64,000 bases of DNA from Lama glama. Taxonomy: Eukaryota. The position numbers and the translations under genes were made by a program. Below the pieces are notes generated by a model. That model was not told the DNA's origin, searched no databases, and saw only the letters and a program-made list of their open reading frames with translations. Below, in pieces: positions 25,215 to 38,260 of the stretch. The first letter of the stretch is position 1, and every line of letters begins with the position of its first letter. The stretch is from positions 7,256,001 through 7,320,000 of the forward strand of contig CM052817.1 in assembly GCA_028534125.1 (NCBI GenBank), in the 5' to 3' direction.

Positions 25215-25360
25215 GCATGATCTAAAATGTGGATTATATCCCAGTATGTGTGACACTGAGCAAGTTATTTACCACCTGGAACATCCCTATTCTTATCTAT
25301 AAAATGTGAAGGATAATAATACTTATCTGGCAGGATGACTTTTAGGACAATTTAGTGGCA
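25215..25360 (+). mobile_element. MIR SINE fragment
   Basis: gtgtgacactgagcaagttatttacc…cttatctataaaatg…ataataatacttatctggcaggatg. Confidence 0.6.
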
Positions 25361-26130
25361 CAAACTCTTCTTTTGGCTTCTATTCTCCCTTCCTTGAATT
25401 TTTCCTCTGACCTCACTACCCATTCGTTCTCCACTCTCCTTTGCTGTCTCTTTTCTTTGACTCAAAAATGTGTCAAAGCCCTCAGAGTTTGGTCCTAAAA
25501 GTTCTTCCTTTTTCCTATCTACATTTTATCAATATAAGAATTTGCTCGATCTCATGTTTTTAAAGACCACTATATAATTTTAGATCCAATTTTTAATCAC
25601 TAGCCACCAACTTTTCACTAAACTCCAGATCTGTGTATCTAAGCAGACTTCAGGTACACATCAGACTTATCAATTCTAATACAAAACTCTCATTCCCTAT
25701 ACACCACGCTGGTCATTTTCCTACCACCAATCATAGCACCACCTCGCATGAGGTTGCTCAAGACAAGAACATAAGATTCATTCTTGATGGCTCTCTTTCC
25801 TTGACCTTGAACCCATTAACAAGCTCTATAGACTGAACATCCATATGGATCCCAGTCAACACATTCTCACTGTCTCCATCATCACCACTATGTCCAAGGT
25901 TTCATCGTTTTCCAGAAGAACGTCCAAAATCAAATTCAATCTCTTTTTTCATAGTTTCTCAGCAGTTCTCCCTGAATCTTTCCCTGCAAGTAACCCTTAG
26001 ATTAAATTTATAAAGCCTAAAATGTTTTCATCACTCTCTTGTTTCAAACCTTTCAATAGCTGCCCGTTATACTTTGGGTAGCATCCAGTTGCTTGCCATG
26101 AATGAAAAGCAACTATTTTCCTACCTATCT
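25361..26130 (+). mobile_element. L2 LINE ORF2/3' region
   Basis: Pyrimidine-rich cttttggcttc…tcctctgacctcact…aaactccagatctgtgtatctaa…gttgctcaagacaagaac…cattcttgatggctctctttccttgacc…tcactctcttgtttcaaacctttcaatagct. Confidence 0.7.
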
Positions 26131-26164
26131 ATGCAGCTAAACACTCAAGTTAAGTTCCTTATGT

Positions 26165-26385
26165 GTTTAAAGAAACAGCAGTAAAAGACAAGGTTTGAGA
26201 AAACAATCTTTGAATCCCAGCTCTGCCACATAGTAATGCCTGTAACTTATTTAAAACATTCCTGACTCAAACGAAAAACGGGAACGAAAATAAATGTGTC
26301 TTCTGCAGATGTTTGCTTTTAGGATTAAATGAGTCAGTGTCTAGGTCAGTCCCTGGCACATGATAAATACCACAAACATGTGTGC
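26165..26385 (+). mobile_element. MIR SINE
   Basis: tttgaatcccagctctgccacatagt…aggattaaatgag…ccctggcacatgataaatac. Confidence 0.6.
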
Positions 26386-26419
26386 TAGCATTATTTATCA
26401 GTTCGCTCACTCACTGTCT

Positions 26420-26550
26420 TTCATGCTAGAGGGTGAGCTCTGTAAAATTGGTGATACTTTCTTGTTTGGTGCTATTTTTCCAATATCTGAGCCAGGATCT
26501 AGAGTATAGGAAAGTTTCAATACATATTTGTTAGAGAGATTAGTAAATGA
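26420..26550 (+). mobile_element. L2 3' terminal fragment
   Basis: ctagagggtgagctctgtaa…cttgtttggtgctatttttccaatatctg…tcaatacatatttgttag. Confidence 0.6.
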
Positions 26551-26689
26551 TCAGTGCATGTGTTATACATGAAATGTAGTATACATTCGGTAAGTTTATC
26601 AATTTTCTAAAACATTTTAATTGTTCTCACCAATGTGAACTTGGTGCAGCCGAGACAGAAAGTGGGCTCCCATAAAGCATTCATATGTT

Positions 26690-26875
26690 ATGACCCGGAT
26701 CTGGGCTTTAAGCACTTTATGTGGATCGTTTTACCTAATTCTCGTGACAGTCATGTGAGATAAGTTGAGTGTCCATTTTCACAGATTAAGAAATTTGTAT
26801 TCAGTAAATGTCTAAGTCTTTTCTAAGGTCATGGAATTAATAAGTGACACAATCAAGGCTTTAGAACCTCAAACC
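26690..26875 (-). mobile_element. MIR SINE
   Basis: taagcactttatgtggat…taattctcgtgacagtcatgtgagataag…ccattttcacagattaagaaa…taaggtcatggaattaataagtgac. Confidence 0.65.
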
Positions 26876-28184
26876 TTTTATCTCCTCTCCTCGCTGCACT
26901 GAAACATCAGCTTATTCATTTTTCTGAAGCACAACACATACCATAGGCTACACTCATAATCAATGTTGGTGGAGTGAATTGCACGTAGATGACCATGACC
27001 AGAGAGATGTTGTTGAAAGAAACGTTCCAGAATTAAAGTTGCAAAGGTAGTCTTCCCCGTGCAATAAAATAATTTCATGAGATTATTATTTTGATGTATG
27101 CAAGTGCTTAAACTTCTACTGGACATTCAGAGATAATTAAGAGACATATTTTTGCAAAGATAGCATAAGTGCGTATCAAAATTATTCTAATACTGCATTG
27201 CCTTGCTTCTATTTTCATGGTTCAGTTATGGAAATTATTTTTGTAAAGTGAAGACAATTCCATTTTAACTGATCAGGGAATTCGTGGGCTTCTTTTATAA
27301 TATCAAAATGCCTAAGTCTTAGTCATTGGAATTCATTCTCTCTGGACAAATGCATTCAATTGCCCAGTATGATTAGACCATTGTCAAAGGTACTTGAATT
27401 CTGATGCACTGTTCCTCTGATTATACTTATCTTTGCAGATCTTCTATTATGAGGCTTTAAATATCAAAGATTTTTTTTTACTTATCATAAAGAGTTTGCA
27501 AAAAGAATAATGAGACTGATACGAATCCCACAAAATAGACCTTTTTTAATTAACATTTTTTGGAAAATCCTCTTTTAATATTGATTCTCTGTAGTGTTTT
27601 TTAATCTAAAAAATCAAAATATTCATTTAATAGGCAATGTGACGAATAGTGGAGTAAGTACTACTTACATCAGAGAATATCTTAATTGTCTTCTCTTCCA
27701 GAGATTTCAGACAATGTGACGACTATTTTAATGCGTGTACTATAATTGCTGCTGTATATGGCATAATTGCACTGTTATAATAAAAGAATTGTTAATATTT
27801 GTGTTGATGGAAATTTTCATGCATAGTTGAAAAGGTGATTTATATCTAAGACTTCAAAATGAAAAGCAAACCTCATTTAAACATCAAAATTGAGCAATGA
27901 GGAGGTAGAGGGGCATACGTTTAGCAACAAATGCATTTCTTAATTTACTGCAAAGACAGAAAGCTTCTCTGCCAGCTCTGATTTAGATTATCTTTCAACT
28001 TTTGACTCAGAATGTCTCTGGGTCTCGGCTTCTACATGTGAAAACAATTTCTAACACACTGAGATGTCTGTGAGGACTTAGTGCGGCCACTTCTCCATCT
28101 TAAATGCACTCCTTGATTATCTTCCTCCTCTTTCAAATGTGTTTCTCACATTCCAACCTCAGATGTCTTTTTTCCTCTATCTTT

Positions 28185-28330
28185 TTAACATTTTGCTGAA
28201 ACATATATCATATAAAACTTACAACTTAATCCTTTTTAAGTTTACAATTCAGTGTTGTCGATTGCATTCAGGATGTTAGTCAACCATCGCCTCTGTCCAT
28301 TTCCAAAACGTCTTTAAAACATAAAACAGG
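28185..28330 (-). mobile_element. L1MB-like 3' end
   Basis: cctttttaagtttacaattcagtg…gcattcaggatgttagtcaaccatcgcctctgtccatttccaaaac. Confidence 0.7.
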
Positions 28331-28394
28331 ACATTTCATAATATGTTTGATACTCTTCAATATATGTCAGGAGCAGACGATATCATTGGTTGGG

Positions 28395-28577
28395 GATCCC
28401 AGGTGGGACAGAATGGGACAACAATGTGAGATTTCATCACGATACTTAGAACAGCCTGCTATTTAAAAAATATAAATTGTTTATTTCTAGAATTTTTCAC
28501 TTAATATTTTCAGACAGCAGTTGACTGGAGGCAACTAAAACCATGGAAAGTAAAACTGTGGTTAAGGGAAGCTACTG
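28395..28577 (+). mobile_element. TcMar-Tigger DNA transposon end (Tigger2/MER8-like)
   Basis: gagatttcatcacgatacttagaacag…aattgtttatttctagaattttt…gttgactggaggcaactaaaaccatggaaagtaaaactgtggttaagggaagctactg followed by TA. Confidence 0.85.
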
Positions 28578-28789
28578 TATTTACCATTAATACTGCGAAT
28601 ACTTTCCCCACCTCAGCCTCATCACATCAACATATAAATACCATATAGAAAGTCAAGAATTGTGAGCTCTGTTGACCTGCAGTTTGAGTCTGGGCCATAG
28701 CTGGCAAAAACAATGTTTTATGTGTTTTGGTGCTTCATATATGTTGTTGTTTAATTTGTACCATATTTTGTAAGTTTCTTGGGGACAAT

Positions 28790-31306
28790 GATTAAGCAAA
28801 ACCAGATAAAGACATCACAAGAAAGTATAACTACAGCCCGATATATTAATTTTGGTGGAAAATTTTCAGCAGTATATTTGTAACCCAAATCCAAATTGTA
28901 TACCATAACCAAATGAGATTTAGCCCAGAAATTCAAGATTGCTTTAACATTCTAAAACCAATTAATACAATACATTATTTTAGTAAAGAACAAAAGCACA
29001 TGATCATCTCAATAGTTTCAGAAAAATTGACAATATTTAGCAATTTCTTTTTTTTATAAAAACACTCAAAAAAACACCTTTCTGAACTTGACAAAGGGTA
29101 TCTCTGAAAAATCCACATTATAACATTATAATTACTAGTGAAAGACTAAATGCTTTCCTTCCAGGATTCAAAAAAAAAAAAAAAGACCTGGATATTCACT
29201 CTATCACTTCAGTTTAACCTTGCACTGGAGGTTCTAGTCAGAGCAATTAGAGAAGAAAAACAAAATGTAGTAACTCAAATTGAAATGAAAGAAGTAAGTA
29301 TCTCTATTTTCAGATGACATCACCTAGTATATAGAAAATCTGAAGAAATTTTAAAAAGCAATAATAGAGCTAATAAACAAGAGCAGTGTAGTTTCAGGAC
29401 ATGACATCAATATATGAAAATCAACTACATTTCTATACACCAGCAATGAGCAGCCTGAAAGTAAAATTCTAAATCAGAAACAATTCAAACAATCTGAAAA
29501 TAAAAACAATTTTATTCACAATATCACCAAAAAATAAAATATTCAACACAACATTGTAAAATGACTATAACTCAATAAAAAATGTAAAAAAAAATAAATA
29601 AAATAAATAAATAAATAAAATATTTGGGAAAAAATCAACAAAAAAGGAAGATTTGTATACCAAAAATGACAACATAATGCTAAAGGAATCAGAAATCTAA
29701 AGAAATGGAATGACATTAACATTCATGCATTGGAAGACTTAATATTGTTAGCATGGCATGATTCCCTAGATTGACTACATCTTCAATATTTCCTATCAAA
29801 ATTATAGCTGTCTTCTTCACACAAATTGATAAAGTGATTCTGAAGTGTATATAAAAATACAAAAGAACAAGACTAACCAGACAAATGTTTCATAAAAAGA
29901 ATGAAGTTTGAAGACTCACACTTCTTAATTCAAAACCTACTAAAAAGCTACCCTCATCAAGACAGTATGGTTCTAAAGGTTCTAAAATGAAAAAAGTCAT
30001 ATAGATCAATGGAATAGCATTGATAGTTCAAAAATAAGCCTTTATATTTATAGTCAATTGATTTTGACAATAGTGACAAGATAATCCAATGGGGAAAGAA
30101 TAATCATTTTAACAAGTGGTGCTGGGACTACTAGATAATTACATGTAAAGGAAAAAATTTAAAACTCTACCTTATACCATACAGAAAGTTTGTCTCAAAA
30201 ATATAATAAAACCTACATGTAAGAGCTAAAACTATAAAACCCTTAGAAGGAAAATAGGTGAAAATATTTGTGACTTTAGGTTGGACAATAGTTTCTTAGA
30301 TATGACAACAAAAGTGTAAATGACAAAATATAAACTAAATTTCATACAAAATTAAAAAATTTTAAACATAAGAGTATCAAACACCTTTAGTAAACATGAA
30401 GGACAGCCTATAAACTATCCTGTGGGACAAAATATTTACAAATCTTGTATTTTATAAGGGACTCATATTCAGAATAAAAGAATCTATTACAAATTAAAAT
30501 ACAGAGCTAACCCAATTCAAATGTGGGCAAAGTGTTTGCATAGACATTTCTACAAAGAAGATATAGAAGTAGTTAATAAGCACATGAAAAGACACTCAAA
30601 ATCATCAATAATTTATGAGAACTCAGTTCAAAATACAACAAAATCCTTTTTCATACTCACAGGTATGACAAATCAAGCAAAGCAGATAATAAATGTTGGT
30701 GAGGAGGTGGGAAAAACTGGAATGTAAAGTGGTGCAGCCATTTTGGCAGATCTCAAAATCTTAAAGTTACCATATGAGCCAGCAATTTCACTTCTAGTTA
30801 TTACAAGATAATAATAAAAAAACTTAACAACAATGTGTACATGAATGTTCATAGCAGCGTTATTTACAACAGCCAAAAAGTACAAACAAATGCCCGTTGA
30901 CCAGTGAATGGTAAATAAAATGCAGTCTCCCCATACAGTGGAATATTATTCTATCATAAAAGAGAATAAAGTATTGATTCATGCTACCACATGAGTAAAC
31001 TTGGCACACAGCATGCTGAGTGATGAGGGCAAGGTATACAAAAACATTCAATGTGTGATTCCATTTATTTGAAACATCCAGAATATACAAATTCTTTGAG
31101 ATGGAATGTATACTGGTTGTTGTCAGAGTCTTGGGGAATTAGGGAATGGAGAATGAATGCTAATGGGTATGAGTTGTTTTTTTTTTTTTGAGTTTTAAAA
31201 GTGTCCTTCAATTATATAGTAAGAGTAGTTGTTTTCCCTTTAAAGCCACTGAAGTGTACACTTTGAAATGGCGAATTCTTATGTAAATTGTATCTCAACT
31301 AAAACT
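28790..31306 (+). mobile_element. L1MB-like LINE, decayed ORF2 (RT to C-terminus) plus 3'UTR
   Basis: aaaaccagataaagacatcacaagaaag…cacatgatcatctcaatag…tctctattttcagatgacat (LF-DD)…tggaagacttaatattgttag…gaatgctaatgggtatgag…gccactgaagtgtacactttgaaatgg…tatctcaa. Confidence 0.9.
29544..29612 (+). mobile_element. Very short camelid L1 3' tip with polyA, nested in L1MB
   Basis: caacacaacattgtaaaatgactataactcaataaaaaatgt plus A tail; TSD aaataaaatatt at 29532-29543 and 29613-29624. Confidence 0.8.
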
Positions 31307-31529
31307 AATATGTTGAGTTATAATGCTGAATAGCTGAGCTCCAACCCCAAAGTCTCCTGAAGTCATGTACTTAAAATACACAAAGATGCTTATCAATGCT
31401 CTTCATTCAAGTGTAAAGTATTAATATTGGACTAAATGTAGAGTTATCTGGTGTTAAATTTTGATGGTAACGATATTGGCCACTTACTATGTGCCAGGTG
31501 ATTTACTAAGCACCTCATCTACTTTACCT

Positions 31530-31768
31530 GCAGAAGTTAGATTAGTGGTTGCCGGGGCTGGTTGTGGTGACAAGGGAGTGGGGAGGCTGAGTCACCATTA
31601 ACAAATACGGAGTTTCTTTTGCAGTGATTAAAATATAAAATTTGATATCATTGATGGGTCTCCAGGTCTGTGAATGTACTAAAAAACACTGGAATGCATG
31701 GTTTAAAGATCAAATTTCATGATATATGAATTATATCCCAATAAAACTCACTAAAAAGAAAAAAAAGG
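31530..31768 (+). mobile_element. L1MB-like 3' end with A tail
   Basis: agattagtggttgccggggctgg…tacggagtttcttttgcagtgat…ctgtgaatgtactaaaaaacactg…tatgaattatatcccaataaa. Confidence 0.85.
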
Positions 31769-31849
31769 AGATTTTAATCAAAGAAATAACAATAATTTTA
31801 TCATTTATTAATATTAATTGTACTGATATTAAGAATAATTCACAATTAC

Positions 31850-32085
31850 TAATATTTTATTTGTCTCAGACTTTGAGCTAAGTGCTTTTTCATCTTTAGT
31901 TATTAAATAACCCCAGGTAGTGCCAACAATATCTTTAGCATCCTTAGTGTGCAGATGAGAAGACTTAAGTTTCAATATGGTTCATATCTTTTCTGGAGAC
32001 AAACAACTAGAAAGTGCTAGTACCAGGATCCAGATCCCAGTATAAAATTCCAGAACTAGAGCTTTGCACCTCTAAACCATGTGCC
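31850..32085 (-). mobile_element. MIR SINE
   Basis: gctaagtgcttt…gcagatgagaagacttaag…caactagaaagtgctagtaccaggatccagatcccag…tccagaactagagcttt. Confidence 0.6.
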
Positions 32086-33939
32086 TCTTCGCATTTGAGA
32101 TTATCTTGCTTTAGTTACCGCTATTCCATCCCGCTACTTTTGTCGCCGTAGTAAGATTGCACACCGGGGAGCCGCTCTCTGCAATGATGTTTTCCATCAC
32201 TTTCTCTCAAGGCACACCAGCTTCTAGTACTTCCTCTCTGGAATTCTATCATTGGGTCAGTTTTCTGTGGTTTGTCATGCAGTTCATATGGCTTTGACAT
32301 GAACCGATCTCTTGATTTGTTGGAAGTCCTTTGACCAGGAAAACCAATTAGTCACTTGAGTGAATCCAAAAGAAAGGAAGCCATGTGATGGGAGGTTAAG
32401 CCTGCAGAAGGGTTGAGGACCTCAGTGGGCTCTCTCGATCCTAGACTGTTAACATCTAGAATGTCAGTGTCCTTTTGTGTAGATGGTAGAAGAGATCCTC
32501 TTCTTGTTCCACAGCTCCATGTAAAGGGACATCAATTAATGTAACATATTTGACATGTCTTCACCCTTTCAATCTTTCCTTTCTGAAGAGGAATCTGTTA
32601 TCTAACTTGAGAACTTGAATTGGGTCTTCACAGAGCTGTTTTTTTTTTCTTCCACTTCTCTCTAATATCTGGATGTCTGAGGGAACATGTACTCTCTTCT
32701 ACTCTAAGCTACAAGACAAGCTTAATGGTGAGTCCTGCCCCTTTGAGCATGGAAGGGAATGGATGATGAGATTTAGGAATGGAGACGCAGTACTGAGATT
32801 GTCTACTATTGCCTGTGAGTGAATGTGGAAGTCTTTCTAAACGTGGAACTCCGTGTTTCACAGACTGGTTAACACACCTAAGCCATCTTCACCATCATAA
32901 TCTATATCAATAGCAATCCTGTCATTTTGATCCCCTCTTGCATGACTTGAACTTTCTTCATACTGGTTTTTAACTCAGGCAGAGGAGGAGGTCCGTTCTT
33001 TAGCTCCCAAATAGGATCTAGGGGACAGGAAGCACAGCAGACTTCTCAGTAGATTCTAGTCTAGACTTTAAACTGAAGAGGCTAGAGGTGCTCCAGGATA
33101 AATTGTGTCCCAGCCCTGCTCACCAGAGAAGGATTAAGGGCTAACATCTCAAGTTAATGTGTGCAATGCTACTATATAATAGACTTAATCCTGGGGACTG
33201 TATGTTTATAATCCCAAGGGCCTGGGTAGATGATATACAAATAGAGAGCTATATCAGCATTTGATGATTTGGGTTCTACTGATATATTTTTTATTACATT
33301 CCAATGAATTGTGTGTGCATGTGTGTGTATGTGTATGTATGTGGCTTCATCTCGTTATTTTATTACACAAACAAGATTTGTAAAGTGGTCCTAGTTTTAT
33401 AGTATTTGAAGCTAGATTTCAGTGATTATAATTTCTAAAGAGCACCCCAATTCCCCTGAGGGCTCCTCAGGGAAGAAGAATATTAAGAAGATTAATTGTC
33501 AGAACTATAATTAAAAAAAAAAGCTATTTGGTTTTTATAATGGCTGTGAAATGGAAAAGGGAAGATTCTTGAAGTTTAAAGCATTAAAAAAGCCCAGAAT
33601 TCAACTGAGACCATTGCTTTTCTTTCATTACATGACTGTTTCTCCTGCAATTTTAGAAGAGAAAAGTTATGTATCTCTTGAGTTAGCTGGAGAGTAGAGG
33701 TGCAATAGTGGGGCTTTCTCTTTTTCTCATGGATCTCAAGTCTAACACCACATACTCCCTTATGCTAATCTTTGAGACCAATGTACTTCTTTTAATTCAC
33801 TTTCATAGTACTCAGTTCAGCAGTCTTTAAATGAATAGTGTATTAATGGAATATTGTTGAATATACTTAAGAGATGCTTTGCCTACATTGAACTGATTCC
33901 ATTCCTTATGTGTGAAAATGAAACTTGTTTCACTTATTC

Positions 33940-34365
33940 CCAGACTATTCTCTGCATGGTCAGAGCAAGTGAACACTCTCAAATATGAACCTAACCATAT
34001 CATTTTCCAGCATAAAATCTTTCAAGGACCCTCCATGGTCTACAAAATGAAACCTAGACTTTGGAATGCAGCAGATAACATCCACCATCTTTTCTTGCCT
34101 GTTCTCCCGTACGATCCATTGCTGCTGCAGCCTTACGTGTATTTTCCATCCACTATAAACTGCTTATGCTTCGCAAGCATGTGTCCTGGTATCTTGGAAA
34201 AGTCTGTGTGCTCTTCCAGGAGCAGTTTTCCCCTTTCCCCTGATACACCTGCTTAAACCTGGCACTCTTCTATATATTCTTAAAAACCCAGAAAAGGCAT
34301 CTTTCCAGTACAACTTCTCTGACTGCTACAATTTGTTGACCATTCCCTCTTCTGTGCCAGTGCTA
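33940..34365 (+). mobile_element. L2 LINE 3' region
   Basis: cagagcaagtgaacactctcaaatatgaacctaaccatatca…taaaatctttcaaggaccctccatggtctacaaaatgaaacctagact. Confidence 0.6.
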
Positions 34366-34374
34366 AAGCTCAAA

Positions 34375-34580
34375 CTCAGACTTGATGAAAGTCTCTTTCC
34401 CTTCAGTTACTAGCACTGTGACCTTAGGTAAATGACTTGACCTCATAAGGTTCAGTTGCGTTACCTATGAGCTAATGAGAATGCCAATACTTAGTGTGTT
34501 CTGACGGTTTACAGATTTGATACAGTTCAGTTTCCTAGCATTCACTGTGTCTGAAACATGAAGAACTCAATACCCATGGA
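34375..34580 (+). mobile_element. MIR SINE
   Basis: ttactagcactgtgaccttaggtaaatgacttgacctc…tcagttgcgttacctat…tgtctgaaacatgaagaactcaata. Confidence 0.65.
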
Positions 34581-34707
34581 TGGTATTATTATTACTATTA
34601 TTATCATCATCACTGTTGTTCTATTCCCATATCCTCCCCCAACTTTCAGAAGAGCTTAACGTCCTGGGCCAGGGGAAAGATCTGAGTGGGGAGCTGCTAG
34701 TGTCCTC

Positions 34708-35207
34708 NNNNNNNNNNNNNNNNNNNNNNNNNNNNNNNNNNNNNNNNNNNNNNNNNNNNNNNNNNNNNNNNNNNNNNNNNNNNNNNNNNNNNNNNNNNNN
34801 NNNNNNNNNNNNNNNNNNNNNNNNNNNNNNNNNNNNNNNNNNNNNNNNNNNNNNNNNNNNNNNNNNNNNNNNNNNNNNNNNNNNNNNNNNNNNNNNNNNN
34901 NNNNNNNNNNNNNNNNNNNNNNNNNNNNNNNNNNNNNNNNNNNNNNNNNNNNNNNNNNNNNNNNNNNNNNNNNNNNNNNNNNNNNNNNNNNNNNNNNNNN
35001 NNNNNNNNNNNNNNNNNNNNNNNNNNNNNNNNNNNNNNNNNNNNNNNNNNNNNNNNNNNNNNNNNNNNNNNNNNNNNNNNNNNNNNNNNNNNNNNNNNNN
35101 NNNNNNNNNNNNNNNNNNNNNNNNNNNNNNNNNNNNNNNNNNNNNNNNNNNNNNNNNNNNNNNNNNNNNNNNNNNNNNNNNNNNNNNNNNNNNNNNNNNN
35201 NNNNNNN
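34708..35207. other. Assembly gap (500 N)
   Basis: Run of exactly 500 N. Confidence 1.
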
Positions 35208-36275
35208 CTTCTCTTACACTGATAACTGAGAGAAGGAGCCTTTACAGTGATTCAGTCCCAGGCTATTTCTAGATCACTTTGCCATGAAATAGCACAGGCA
35301 ACACCATGTGCTTGGCCGTTGGTGTACTTAATACTGACATGGACTCTAATCAAAGTCAGTGGGAGATACAACCGATACATGCCATACCCAGAAGCTCTGG
35401 GATAATTAGACCTACATTTACCATTTTATTCTAAGCTCAAATTCTTTTTCTTAAGACTTCCCTTTTTTCTGTGACATAAATATTTTTTGACACCTTCCTC
35501 CAATGTGGCAATCACTTGGTGTTCCCTCTCTAATTACTATTTACTTCATTTCCATATAATTTTTGTTTAAGAAATCTGTACTATCATGTGGAATTCTCAC
35601 ACTAAGGCATCTGGGAAGTACATGTGCAGTTCAGCTTTTATCTAAAACCTCACCCGATGTAGTGAAATTCCCATAATATTTTTGGCTCATCTTTCTGCTG
35701 TGGTCGCGGGAAAGGACATTGTTTTACAACCATGGAACATTTTTTCCAGCCCAGTTTTATTTCCCATTGCATAAGGTTCTGAAATAGTAATACAGCACAA
35801 GAAATAGCCAAATGCACCACTAAAATAACAAAAAATAAGTGTTTATTTGCGCAAGCATCTGGATGGTCAGACAGGTCATGCCTCTGATGTTCACCTGTCA
35901 GCTGTTCACTTGTCTGAGAGTTGGTTACTATTGGTAAAGTCATATGGCAAAGAGTATGATTACAGAAAAAAATGAAGAATTTGAGCCACTGATGAGATCA
36001 ATCTATCATGACGCTCATAGACATGTAAAATGTTCTTTTAATTTAATCCTTTAACTCACTTAATTTTTACTGACTCATATTGATATCTTTTTCTTTGACT
36101 ATATTATAGATTCTTCCTGACAATACACAACCACTATGATTAATATATCTATATTACCATCCCTGTTCTACCTGTCCAGTTGGAAAGGAAATCCCAGAAA
36201 TCAGAAACCTTGTCTAGGAAATTGTAAATGTTATCTCTCCTGATGTCCCAGGTAAGGTTTCATGCTGCTCTAGAA

Positions 36276-36590
36276 CAGGGTTTGGCAAACTGTGGCCCAT
36301 AGACCAGATGACTACCACTGCCTGTTATTATATGGCCCATGAGCTAAGAATATTTTTAAGGTGCTAAAAAGAATCCAAACAAGAATAATATTTAGAAACA
36401 CATGAAAATAATATGGCATTCAAATTTGAATGTCTATAAATAAAATTTCATTGGAACCTGCTACACACATTTATGTGTTGTCTGTGGCTATTTTCCCATT
36501 ACAGCAGAGATGAGTAGTTGATGCAGAGTATATTACTCACAATGCCTAAACTATCTGACCCTTTATTGTGGAAAAAAAAGCCAACCTCTG
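36276..36590. mobile_element. hAT-Charlie MITE, MER58B-like, full length
   Basis: TIRs cagggtttggcaaac … gccaacctctg; 8-bp TSD ctctagaa (36268-36275) / ctctaggc (36591-36598). Confidence 0.9.
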
Positions 36591-36649
36591 CTCTAGGCAG
36601 TTTGCTGCTTGGATTTATCTCTTTGTCTTTACCAACAGCTCTCTGTTTT

Positions 36650-37155
36650 TTCCATCTAGAAGGGAAGAGTACATAACGGAAGAGTACAGTGCTAGAGCTG
36701 GCTTCAGGTGCTCAAACTAACGGCTTGAGGATTTTGTCTTGCTTTTTCTATCCTCAGCTTTGTTTTCCCCCATGAGATTTCCATTCTTATGGGGACGGGG
36801 TGTCTGCCAGAAGCTCCAGGTTTACCCTCAGTCTTCAGTGCAACCCTCTCACCATGAGTGAATTTTATTTTCTTAGCATTTCAGCAAAAACGTTACACTG
36901 AGTTGGTTCTTATCTACTCTGGTTGGATCACATGTTTATTCTTGAACCAATCACAGAAAGAAGGAGTACGCCATGATCTTATTGAACATACTTGGGTTAC
37001 ACATAAATCCAGCACACGAGGAAGTTGTCAAGTCCATTAAAAAGAAAAACTAAAAAGACTACGAAGAGAAAAGAGTACTTATCCAGTGTTTGTTGGGCCT
37101 TGCTACCTGAAAGGCAGAACATATGCTGCTTGGGAATAAAACCCAATTGCCACTA
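36650..37155 (-). mobile_element. MaLR LTR, MLT1J/K-like
   Basis: gagctggcttcaggtg…tctgccagaagctccaggtttac…ttggatcacatgtttattcttgaaccaatcac…tgccacta. Confidence 0.7.
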
Positions 37156-38235
37156 GATGATCTAAATGTAGAATCTTTAAAAAATATATATATACCTTTC
37201 ATTTGAAAGAAAAATATAATTAAATTAATGTGGTAAAATAAGTCTGTGCTGGAAAACAAATGGAACCCTTAAATTTTCTTGGTATTCAATCAAAACAAAG
37301 AATGAGTTTTGTAGTTAAGAATGAGTTTATAAACAGCTTTTCATAGAAAATAGAGTTTTATAAAAAGTTATTTTATATCTAAATTGTGAAATCTCTATCA
37401 GTGATTTTTATCACTAAAAGTGCTTATTTTTTATTTGTATTGAATTCAATATATGATTCACTAGCCACCTAAACAATGCCAGATGCTATTTAGTCTCTTA
37501 GACATTTGTAAGAGGACTGTGACTTGGCCTTGATTTCAAGATGGTTACTCTCAAGGGAGGAAAACAGAAAATTAAAATACAGAGTAACAAATAAAAATAC
37601 ATAAAAGTTGCAATGATAGGACAGAGAAGAATAAACCTCATTTGTTCTTTGGGAAAGGGTACAGTTGTTACACAGGAGGTGACATCTGCCTGTCTTATAT
37701 GCCAAAAGGATTTTTCCAATTAGATCCGTCACTAATCCGTGAAGAATTAGCCTGGGAAAATTCGCTAGGCTTCTCAAATAACTTTACTTCTAACATTTCA
37801 AAGGACTCTTTCAAGAATTAAGTAAAACATTGTGTCTAGAGCAAAAGTCTAGCTATATAATGCTCTCTTTTATGTAAAAAGAGAACATGAAGAAACATAC
37901 ACATATCTGACCATTCAAGTGAAAAGAAAGCCAACAAGGATAAAGCAGAAATCACTAGACTGCTTATCTCCCGAAGGGAATGAAAACAGAGTGGGATGGG
38001 TGGGAGGATGCAACTTGGGTGTGAAGAGTGATACTTCTCTAAATTTAGCTTTTTGTACAATTCTAACTTTAAACATTTTTATAATTTAAAAATGACTAAA
38101 ATTACCAATAATGAAGAGGAAGCCAAAAGAAATGTCCTAAAAAGCAAATGGAAGAAAACTGTATTACAGGAAAGTAGAATAAAATATTAAATCAGAAAAA
38201 GGAGATAATTAAGATGACTTAGAAGTAAAATTTTA

Positions 38236-38260
38236 ATATATATATATATATATATATATA
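38236..38260. repeat. (TA)n microsatellite
   Basis: Directly visible. Confidence 0.9.

Noticed and set aside
32100..32640. Slightly GC-richer stretch considered as a processed pseudogene
   Set aside because: No recognisable protein, polyA or TSD; partly resembles decayed L2.
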